Assembly (NCBI RefSeq): GCF_902652985.1
Contig: NC_047019.1
Span: 46,128,001-46,192,000, forward strand
Direction: 5' to 3'
Source: Pecten maximus
Lineage: Eukaryota
DNA length: 64,000 nucleotides
The notes under the pieces are model-generated. The model was given only the letters and a program-made list of their open reading frames with translations, searched no databases and was not told the origin of the DNA. The translations under genes and the position numbers were made by a program. Each line of letters opens with the position of its first letter. The stretch's first letter is position 1. Of the stretch, positions 52,966 through 64,000 are shown one piece after another.

Positions 52966-54861
52966 TGTGTAATAGGGTCTGATTTAGTCCGCCATATTTC
53001 TATTTTATTGTGAATTAAACTACTATGGTGGTGTGCTGCATTACACCTCCTTACACCCGATTACACTGCCTGAATGGCATGGAGTCCCGTCACAATACAT
53101 GGTACGTGTTTATCATTCACTTCCGACACACTGCCGAATTCTTCAACTCTCAGCCATAATGCATGCTCGTGTCCCCCTCCCAGACTCGAGATGGGGGCGA
53201 GGAGGGGCATCACTCAGCCGGCAACAATGGGGTTTTAACGCGACCGTTACGGTCCTTTGTCGATCTAAAGGACCTGAAGGGGGTGACAAAGGGCCGAGGT
53301 TGACCCCATCACATCGTGTGTAGGGGCTGGAGAGTTGATGTTTCTTCAGTGAGAGAGTATCGGTTGTAAGGTTCCGCAGATGGCAGGGGTTATATGGCCG
53401 AGCGTCTGACTAGATTGCCGATCATAATTACACTCATTAATTAAGCGTTCTAAATGTATTATTCTCATTAGGAAATGACACATTACATAAATTTTATAGT
53501 TCAGGATTTGTCACAGGTCTCGTGATGATACAAAACAATTTAACTTTGATAAATTGTGTCATATTCATTTATTGTAATTTTCAGTATGATCCAATTCCAC
53601 GTTGCGGTTTTCTCGGTTAAGGAAATGTTTCTGACACGCGACCATCTTAGTTTGTAAATTTCTGCGTTTTGCTGTTTTGTAAATTTCACACCGAAAAGTA
53701 AACATTTGAGGGCAATGTCTGGCCACAGCTGATGGTGGATTGACAAATGACGAGATTCTTTGTGCCTAATTAGCTCGTCAATACTCCTCCAATCCGTGAC
53801 ACCAGAGTTCAGTGTACTGGCGAGCTGTGTGTGCAAACTCTTAAATCTATGGATTACAACTTGATTTCTACACTTAGCATGTACTTCAACTGTATGTATA
53901 AGGCCTGGTCGATGTAGAATTCCACGTGTTATTTGATTAGACATATTTGTGTATGTACAACTTCTAATCAGCAGCACCCGTAATAATATCTAAACAGCAC
54001 TGCTATATTCCGGACAACGCTAATGCTATTTCGGATTACAAATTAATTGTCAAGAATTTCTGATCATGTCGAGAACCCCATGACATCATGGGGTCTACTC
54101 TGACATAACCATTATCTTCTTATCACCCAGAATTACGTTGTTTTTTTTTATTTCTTTTTCATTTTTCTTTCATGATTAAAAGTTATTTCGGACATTGCCT
54201 TATTCTTCTATCGATGTCAAAGCTGGGAGTGACGACGATTGCTCATCTCATTATTTCTCTGTCCGCAAAATTGTGAACATCAGTGAGGAAAGTATATCCT
54301 TTAAATATTGTGTGTACGAAAACTCGGGTCAGGACAATGTCTAGTGGGCATTTACAGTTTAAATAAAGATTTCTCTAGCTGTCCCTGACGAGTTAGTGAC
54401 AAGTTTATGCGGATCGTTTAAGTATGGCAAGAAGAACGAAGATCTCTAATATTGACGTGGCATTGACAGGTCGGAATATTTAGAAAAAACGTCACAATGA
54501 ACGAGTAACACAGGGACAGCCATTACATCGGTATCAGTAACATACCTCTGTCCTCTATATCCAAAACATGTTCGATATCTTTATAGCGTGAAATTTACAG
54601 TTATCCAATTAAATACAATTAACTTTAGAAACAATTTAAGCTTCTATCGTCTGAATTTTGGATATTCTAAATAGAAATACTTATCATTATCACATGGAAG
54701 CCCTAAGTGCCGAAGGACAAAATTTCCCCTTAATATACCTTAGTGACTAGCTAAATGGAGAGTATCGGAGATTCTGGTGTACCAGTTAAAACTCCTTAAA
54801 CTGGTGAAATCTGTCTTGTCAGAAATCCTCGTCTTCGCCTGACCTATACTAGGAATGATAG

Positions 54862-57350
54862 GATAAACTGTTTATAAACATGGTATGATAACATGTTTAT
54901 AAACATGATATGATAAACTGTTTATTAACATGGTATGATAACATGTTTATAAACATGATAAGATAAACTGTTTATTAACATATGATAAACTGTTTATTAA
55001 CATGGTATGATAACATGTTTATAAACATGATAAGATAAACTGTTTATTAACATATGATAAACTGTTTATTAACATGGTATGATAACATGTTTATAAACAT
55101 GATATGATAAACTGTTTATTAACATGATAAGATAAACTGTTTATTAACATATGATAAACTGTTTATTTACATTATATGATAAACTGTTTATTTACATGAT
55201 AAGATAAACTGTTTATTAACATGATAAGATAAACTGTTTATTAGCATATAATAAACTGTTTATTAACATGATAAGATAAACTGTTTATTAACATATGATA
55301 AACTGTTTATTAACATGATATGATAAACTGTTTATTAACATGATACGATAAACTGTTTATTAACATGATACGATAAACTGTTTATTAACATGTTATGATA
55401 AACTGTTTATTAACATCGCGTGATAAACTGTTTATTAACATATGATAAACTGTTTATTAACATGGTGTGATTAACTCTTTATTTACATGATATGAAAGAC
55501 TGTTTATAAACATGATAAGATAAACTGTTTATTAACATATGATAAACTGTTTATTTACATTATATGATAAACTGTTTATTTACATTATATGATAAACTGT
55601 TTATTAACATGATAAGATAGACTGTTTATTAACATATGATAAACTGTTTATTTACATTATATGATAAACTGTTTATTTACATTATATGATAAACTGTTTA
55701 TTAACATGGTATGATAAACTGTTTATTAACATTATATGATAAACTGTTTATTTACATTATATGATAAAACGTTTTTAACATGATATGATAAAATGTTTAT
55801 TATCACGATATGGTAAACTGTTTGTAAACATGATATGATAAACCGTTTATTAACATGGTATGATTAACTGTTTATTAACATGGTATGATCAACTGTTTAT
55901 TGACATGGTATGATAAACTGTTTATTAACATGGTATGATTAACTGTTTATTAACATGGTATGATACACTGTTTATTAACATGATATGATAAACTGTTTAT
56001 TAACATGGTATGATAAAACGTTTTTAACACGATATGTTAAACTGTTTATTTACATTATATGATAAAAAGATTTTAACATGATATGATAAACTGTTTATTA
56101 TCACGATATGGTAAACTGTTTAACATGATATGATAAAACGTTTTTAACATGATATGATAAACTGTTTATTTGCATTATATGATAAACTGTTTATTTACAT
56201 TATATGATAAACTGTTTATTTACATTATATGATAAACTGTTTATTTACATTATATGATAAACTGTTTATTTACATGATTGATAAACTGTTTATTTACATT
56301 ATATGATAAACTGTTTATTTACATTATATGATAAACTGTTTATTTACATGATATGATAAACTGTTTATTAACATGATATGATAAACTGTTTATTAACATT
56401 ATATGATAAACTGTTTATTAACATTATATGATAAACTGTTTATTTACATTATATGATAAACTGTTTATTAACATGGTATGATCAACTGTTTATTTACATT
56501 ATATGATGAACTGTTTATTAACATTATATGATAAACTGTTTATTTACATTATATGATAAACTGTTTATTAACATGGTATGATAAACTGTTTATTAACATT
56601 ATATGATAAACTGTTTATTAACATTATATGATAAACTGTTTATTTACATTATATGATAAACTGTTTATTAACATGGTATGATCAACTGTTTATTTACATT
56701 ATATGATGAACTGTTTATTAACATTATATGATAAACTGTTTATTTACATTATATGATAAACTGTTTATTAACATGGTATGATAAACTGTTTATTAACATG
56801 GTATGATAAACTGTTTATTAACATGGTATGATAAACTGTTTATTAACATGGTATGATAAACTGTTTATTAACATGGTATGATAAACTGTTTATTAACATG
56901 GTATGATAAACTGTTTATTAACATGATATGATAAACTGTTTATTAACATGGTATGATAAAACGTTTTTAACATGATATGTTAAACTGTTTATTTACATTA
57001 TATGATAAAAAGTTTTTAACATGATATGATAAACTGTTTATTATCACGATATGGTAAACTGTTTAACATGATATGATAAAACGTTTTTAACATGATATGA
57101 TAAACTGTTTATTTGCATTATATGATAAACTGTTTATTTACATTATATGATAAAACGTTTTTAACATGATATGATAAAATGTTTATTATCACGATATGGT
57201 AAACTGTTTATTAATATGATATGACAAACTGTTTATTAACATGGTATGATAAACTATTAATAACATGATATGATAAAATGGTATTTAACATAAGATAACA
57301 TGTTTATTATCATGATATGCTCATTCTTTTATTAACATTGATGATAAACA
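54862..57350. repeat. Minisatellite, 25-bp unit (22-24 bp variants), about 100 copies
   Basis: GATAAACTGTTTATT(A/T)ACAT(GG/GA/TA)TAT repeated. Confidence 0.97.
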
Positions 57351-58359
57351 GTTTAACAATATGTGTGTATAACAGAGGAAATATGAGGACATGTTATATT
57401 CTATGATGTTCTCTATCTTTTAGAATAGTTTCCTATGAAGGGTAAAAACTTGAAAGGCCACGATTCTTGCTCTTCATTTCAGATTCTTAGCTCATACGAG
57501 CTGTTTTGGTTGTATTATTTATATTTTGCACAGAAGTAAAATGTGAATTTAGCCTTGTGTGGGTTTTTAAAAGGAGATAAATGTCATTTCATAGTACTAC
57601 ACTTTTGTAATTTGTATTTGTAAGTCACTTTTATCAAAATTTTAGTATTAAAACGGTTTCTTCTTATTGATGATAAGATAAATTGTACCAATTTCTTCTT
57701 AAAAAGATGATAAAAGGACGTTTTATAAGAATCTGTTTTGGGGTGGGCTATTAGTGTATTTTCCAGTCCAGTTCTGTAGTCTCACAAATATGGCTGAAGT
57801 AAAGGAGTACTCGTAGATAATTCCGCCTGTTGTGTGAAACATTTTTTGAAATTGATTAATTGTGTCCCTTTTATCTTATAATCCTACCCAGCCTGATCCT
57901 TTGTATATCTGTATTTACAAGTTTAGTTTGATCATATACTTGTCTATCAATCAAACATAATGGTAACGAACCCCACTCAACATTGACATACTGTAACATT
58001 GGTGTGATAAATGATATCAAGTTTATACTGAATATCTATCCTGTGCGATACATCGAAATGTATGGAGGCTTTATTAAAAATAAAGTGAATGCTTTCATAG
58101 AGGGGAAATTACACACATCACTGTATTGTTCCTTATTACTGACGGAGGATTGGACCTGTTTTTACTCACCTCAATATTAATGTGTTCGAGTCTAGTAAAG
58201 TGTTACAGTTAATGTTAGAATCACTATTGATATTACATCGTAATACTATGATTGTTGAGAATTAATGGAGATTATTGTTAAAAAATCAAGAGAAACAATC
58301 GGTATTTTGTATACCTTAAATGCTACAGAAAGGCACTATACAATGGAAACTTAGTTAAA

Positions 58360-58800
58360 TTGTACAAAATACTAATAATAATCACAAAAATGATGTAAAA
58401 CGGTACCAAATAATAATAATAATCGCAAAAATGATGTAAAAAGGTAGAAAATACTAGTAATAGTCACAAAAATGATGTAAAAAGGTAGAAAATACTAATA
58501 ACAATCACAAAACTTATGTAAAAAGGTAGAAAATACTAATAATAATCACATAAATGACGTAAAAAGGTAGAAAATACTAATAATAATCACAAAAATGATG
58601 TAAAAATATAGAAAATACTAGTAATAGTCATAAAAATGATGTAAAAAATGTACAAAATACTTATAGCAATCACAAAAATGACGTAAAAAGGTACCAAATA
58701 ATAATAATAATCACAAAAATGATGTAAATGGTACAAAATACTTATAACAATCACAAAAATGGCGTAAAAAGTTAGAAAATAATAATCACAAAAATCATAC
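58360..58800. repeat. Degenerate minisatellite, about 41-bp unit, about 11 copies
   Basis: AAAATACTAATAATAATCACAAAAATGATGTAAAAAGGTAG repeated. Confidence 0.9.
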
Positions 58801-59371
58801 AAAAAGTTTCAAAATATCAAAATCTACAAAACGTGATGGATATTAAAAACATAATGATCAATTGTACAAAAAGATACCAATATATTGTTCAAAATTTTGC
58901 AATACAATTGTATAAAGACTGTCTCATATTGATAACATTCATTGATAGCATTTGTTTATAAAATTACAAATATTATTCAAACTTGTAAATCACAATGTAC
59001 AAAATATAAAATGATACAGTAAGTGAAAAAGATATTATACCATTCGCGGACTTTCTACAAATCGGGTGTTTTATGTGTTCACATGTCGGCAAAACTACAA
59101 AAATACCAATGCATATGGGTAATAATAGTGATGTGAAAGTACGATGTATAGAATGTTCCCCAAATGAAAGAGGATAATATTGCTGGTGACTTTTGTCAGG
59201 TCTTGGTAAATACTTAATACAAGATTAACTTGGTAGATACTTTATTCCTAATTATCGTGGTAGCTAGTTTATTCATAAATAACTTAATAGATATTTTCTA
59301 AAAGATTTAGACTCGTTACAAGTCTAACATTATTATACATTAATGAAAAGTGTTGTTATTCGTTTATTTTT

Positions 59372-60885
59372 TTATTTGGTTTAGTTTAAACATATTTAAC
59401 TGCTTCTTAGAAACAATCAAGAGTATTGGGCACAAGAAGAGTATTGGGCACAAGTCATGGCAATATATAGAAGCCCTCTTCTCCTCAATTTGATTTTAAA
59501 ATGTAAGAGGTTGACATAAGTGTCTGTGACACGTGTTCCTATATCCATTATCGTCTTGTTTATTGTATGTGTATTGAAAGAAAGCTTAAACTAACAATGT
59601 GAGAGTAACAATAGACATATATGTACATTGTATAAAATGAAACGAATTTGGGAATCCGTGGAGTGAAGGAAGAGACAGGTTGGAGATGCAGGGAAATGGC
59701 AATGATATCATGAATTAATTAACATTTACAATAATAGTTGCATAATAATGTATACAATATCTATATATCTGCCTGGCTCATACTAGCCACACACATACCA
59801 GCTATATACTTCAGCTACTTTCTCTGTTCAAATTGTCCATGTGAATCTTGCTCTGATCTACACTCGTGCTCCTTCTAGGTATCATTTCATTGTGCCAGGC
59901 AGAAATTCAATTTCCATTGGTTTTCTTCTCTTTAAACATATTTAGTTTAGAGAAACATAAATACAAATATACATGTTATCTGGTTGATATCGCTTGTGGT
60001 AAGATTTTCAGAAAAAAAGGTAGTGATAGAATTGGTAAGTTATATAAAAAGACTGGGAATTAAAGGATAGTTTATAGGATAATCCCACCTGCTCTTCAAA
60101 ACCACATTAACATCTATCACTTTTCCGAATAGATATTTGGACATTTTCAAAAATAGTTTTGTTCTAATGTTAGATCAATGCAAAATCATATCATGATGTA
60201 ATAGTAGATAACGACGTGACTTAATAAACATCTCTTATGTTGTTATAAAGTGGACATTCCAACAAAACAAGAGCTTCTACAGGGATAACTACGGGCACAA
60301 GAATCTGTAACATTTACACAATAGAGATCATTGTTTAATCCACTGTAATTGTGTCTTAGCTTAGTTAGTAGAATATCCAGATGATGTTATCCGTGGTTTA
60401 AAAAGGAGCGGAGGATATTTGTGATTTTTATGTAAAGAATACTTTATTTTTAAAGGTATTCCGAGTTGGCTGGTTTCTAACAGTTTCCGAGAGGCTATTT
60501 CAGAGTCTGTTGGTTGTTGGTATACAATTAATCTAGTACTTGTAAGACTATAATTTGATTTAGTGTAATTGGTATTAAAGTATGGGTTTCTTTCTCCCAC
60601 TAAACCAGCTAATAATCTATACAGGTATGAAGGTTATACATTCTGTACAATAAGTTTCTCTCTCGTCTCGTCTTCTTTTTAAAGAATCTCATCTTGTTTA
60701 GAAACAAAGATCATTTACTGGCATAACTAGGCAGTCCTGTTACAATTCTAGCTGCTTCTTGTTGAAATTTTCCAGTCAGTTAACATGAAATTGAAACCAA
60801 CCACTCAAAAGTTGGAAGTATGAAACGTACATAAATTTTACCGAGTAGTTTACTATTTACTAAGAATTTTAACTTTCTCCATCGT
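59372..60885 (-). mobile_element. Decayed, 5'-truncated CR1-type LINE (ORF2 C-terminus plus 3' UTR)
   Basis: Collinear broken-frame peptides on the minus strand: RKLKFLVNSKLLGKIYVRFILP (about 60880-60815), EAARIVTGLPSYAS (about 60758-60717), GERNPY..TRL (60600-60530), TKLRHNYSGLNNDLY..DSC and LECPLYNNIRD (60365-60230), and IFENVQISIRKSDR (60165-60113). A UTR-like GAGGGCTTCTATA..ACTTGTGCCCAATAC..AAATATGTTTAAACTAAACCAAA ends near 59372. Confidence 0.78.
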
Positions 60886-61364
60886 ATGGTGGTAGATGTA
60901 CCATTAAAACTGTAAGATGCATTGCTATTTGTAAAATTACTGGTATGTTAGAAGAAATATCTAATATATATTTAAGTATCTTTGTATAAAGATGAACTGG
61001 AAATCTCATTACCAGTGTTAAGTTTGTTTTATTAGTCAATTTTAATTAAGATTTTTTTTACCATGATGTGTATGTTGGGAAGTGATATTGTCTTATTAAA
61101 TGATTTTTTTTTTTAATTTAATTTTTTTATCATTATTATCATTTTTATGTAAGATCCCCTTATGTACTTATGTAATCTTTCAAATGCGTAACATATCGTA
61201 TACACATTCTTAACGAATGAAAATAGTGCCGTTTTCATTAACTCTTTATTATTGTATCTATCATCTACCATTATTTTTGTCTTTATTAATGTATCTATCA
61301 TCTACCATCACACTTCCTATATCACACCATGCATTTGTTGGTTTCTGTTTTAAATGGTATTACA

Positions 61365-61710
61365 TTGTCTATCCTACTCAATCAATTAGTTAATTCCATA
61401 ACAATATTGTCTTCCCTACTCAATCAATTAGTTAATTCCATAACAATATTGTCTTCCCTACTCAATTAGTTCATTCCATAACAATATTGTCTATCCTACT
61501 CAATCAATTAGTCAATTCCATAACAATATTGTCTTCCCTACTCAATCAATTAGTCAATTCCATAACAATATTGTCTTCCCTACTAAATTTGTTTATTCCA
61601 TAACAATATTGTCTATCCTACTTAATCAATTCGTTTATCCATAACATTATTGTCTTTCCTACTCAAATAATTTGTATATTCCATGAAAATATTGTCTATC
61701 CTACTCAATT
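61365..61710. repeat. Minisatellite, 38/42-bp unit, about 8 copies
   Basis: ATTGTCTTCCCTACTCAATCAATTAGTTAATTCCATAACAAT repeated. Confidence 0.92.
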
Positions 61711-61814
61711 GATTTGTACTTGATGTGGGCTTAAATGAACATTTTTTAAAGTTTTATTGTCATACAAGTTTATAACACATCTTCATGGTATTTATAATTT
61801 CTGCTGTTTTTTCG

Positions 61815-62250
61815 TCATTCTACATTACTTATAGGATTTTGTTCGGACTGAATTTTAGTGTCGCCCTCACTACATATGTCTATTACATGGATGTAGAATC
61901 TTAATTTTTCTACCTTGAAATAGAAGGATAAGTTATCATGATCTAAGATATGTGTTATTATTTTAAAAGCATTTTTATTATTTATTTTCACCTCCAATAT
62001 TAAAGGAAATAAGCTGAGATAAGGTTAATTTAACAAAATATCAGACTTGAATTATTTCACGGATCAATGTATCAAGTGCCATTCATAAAATGGTGAGAAT
62101 GTTAACAAAGTTTGTACAATAGACACACCTGGGGATAGTACCTTTAAATTAGGATTTATAAAAATAACGATGAAAAAATACAAGTTTATGTACTTGTCGA
62201 ATGTTTCTCCTTCCATCGGGCACAAATTCAGTAATAGGGACCAACCAACC
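61815..62250 (-). mobile_element. Possible decayed L1/Tx1-type LINE endonuclease fragment
   Basis: Minus-strand peptides SPGVSIV and LILEVKINNK..IITHI..DN.SFY...IC.EGD loosely follow the APE motif order (SRGVAIL, NIY.PN, GDFN). Confidence 0.25.
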
Positions 62251-62884
62251 AATGGTATCCCTGAACACTCCAGTGTAATGTTATTGAGTACTTCATTAAA
62301 TTCTTGAATTTAGTTTGGTCATTATGATTCATAACACTTAATAAAAAAAAGGGCTGGGTTCTTCAGCTCAAGCTTTTCCCATGGTAGCTATTTTGAGATT
62401 TGGTCAATTCCGCAGGGGGGGGGGGGATCTGAAATTTTCATCTATTTATTGTGTATTAATTATGACCCGCACTTTTGAACAAAAACTCAATCTGACCTAC
62501 CAGACTTATATCAACATTACCTATGACTAGTTATCTATCAGGCTACATATCAATTTTGGAACTGCATATCATACTGGACAATCGATGGCTGCCAAACATT
62601 TCATGCCTGGCTCAACTTTGTATACACGGGGGCAAGTTTCAAAAGTCTATTTTTCAATTGATTGGTTTTTCCCTAATATGAAAAACTAGACTGGGTGCTG
62701 TGCATACCGATTCTTCCATAAGGCACTTCAGAAATACTAAAGGTGCTAAAAGTGTGGCGATCTCGACGGGCTGTTAGGAAAATCAATATTGGTTTAGTTA
62801 GGAATTATGTGAAGGGAACGTAGTATTGCATAAGATCAGGTTATTTTATGTTCATTACAACACCGATATCATTTAAACATGGAA

Positions 62885-64000
62885 TTGATATCAAATATGA
62901 AATATGTAACTGATAAACAGGGTATTGATGAAAAATATAGAATATGTCACTGATAAACAGTGTATTGATGCCAAATATAAAATGTCTAACCGATAAACAG
63001 GGTATTGATGACAAATATAAAATGTCTAACCGATAAACAGGGTATTGATGACAAATATAAAATGTCTAACCGATAAACAGGGTATTGATGACAAATATAA
63101 AATGTCTAACCGATAAACAGGGTATTGATGACAAATATAAAATGTCTAACCGATAAACAGGGTATTGATACCAAATATAAAATATCTAACCGATAAACAA
63201 GGTATTGATGACAAATATAAAATGTGTAACCGATAAACAAGGTATTGATGACTGATGACAAATATAAAATATGTAACCGATAAACAGGGTATTGATGACA
63301 AATATAAAATGTCTAACCGATAAACAGGGTATTGATGACAAATATAAAATGTCTAACCGATAAACAAGGTATTGATACCAAATATAAAATGTCTAACCGA
63401 TAAACAAGGTATTGATGACAAATATAAAATGTGTAACCGATAAACAAGGTATTGATGACTGATGACAAATATAAAATATGTAACCGATAAACAGGGTATT
63501 GATGACAAATATAAAATGTCTAACCGATAAACAGGGTATTGATGACAAATATAAAATGTCTAACCGATAAACAAGGTATTGATACCAAATATAAAATGTC
63601 TAACCGATAAACAAGGTATTGTTACCAAATATAAAATATCTAACCGATAAACAGGGTATTGATGACAAATATAAAATGTCTAACCGATAAACAGGGTATT
63701 GATGACAAATATAAAATGTCTAACCGATAAACAGGATATTGATGACGAATATAAAATGTCTAACCGATAAACAAGGTATTGATGACAAATATAAAATATG
63801 TAACCGATAAACAGGATATTGATGACGAATATAAAATGTCTAACCGATAAACAAGGTATTGATGACAAATATAAAATGTCTAACCGATAAACAGGGTATT
63901 GATGACGAATATAAAATGTCTAACCGATAAACAAGGTATTGATGACAAATATAAAATATGTAACCGATTAACAGGGTATTGATGACAAATATAAAATGTC
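62885..64000. repeat. Minisatellite, 40-bp unit, at least 27 copies, truncated by the window end
   Basis: AATGTCTAACCGATAAACAGGGTATTGATGACAAATATAA repeated. Confidence 0.97.

Noticed and set aside
53540-53977. 145-aa minus-strand ORF and neighbouring 60-100 aa ORFs
   Set aside because: Non-ATG or weak starts, no recognisable domain and no convincing splice signals; consistent with chance ORFs.
59100-59330. NAYG / IAGDF / LVDT peptides suggesting another endonuclease remnant
   Set aside because: Motifs are too short, frame-broken and irregularly spaced to support without a search.
59640-60270. Apparent plus-strand APE endonuclease motifs (RID, SDH-like)
   Set aside because: The same bases are explained much better by the minus-strand CR1 ORF2 C-terminus and UTR.

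Overview
AT-rich eukaryotic genomic DNA, probably from a bivalve mollusc (inferred from the SINE, Helentron and CR1 types and the extreme minisatellite load). The only credible protein-coding gene is the bHLH-PAS factor single-minded (sim, SIM1/2-like) on the minus strand. Coding exon 1 (41095-40921, bHLH) splices across a 34.9 kb intron to an 80-nt exon 2 (6043-5964). I found no PAS-A exon in the window, so the remaining exons presumably lie to its left. Roughly half of the window (about 34 kb by my rough sum) consists of about 25 unrelated minisatellite arrays with units of 18-69 bp. These arrays explain all of the giant ORFs in the track. Interspersed elements include a full-length tRNA-derived V-type SINE with a target-site duplication, truncated SINEs, a non-autonomous Helentron/HINE fragment fused to a 109-bp hairpin, and a decayed CR1-type LINE 3' end. 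I see no prokaryotic system and no CRISPR array. The most interesting unexplained signal is that many independent arrays have internally palindromic units, appear to grow from local seeds, and multimerise transcription-factor-like or splice-site-like motifs around a developmental regulator. Any function for these arrays is inference only.
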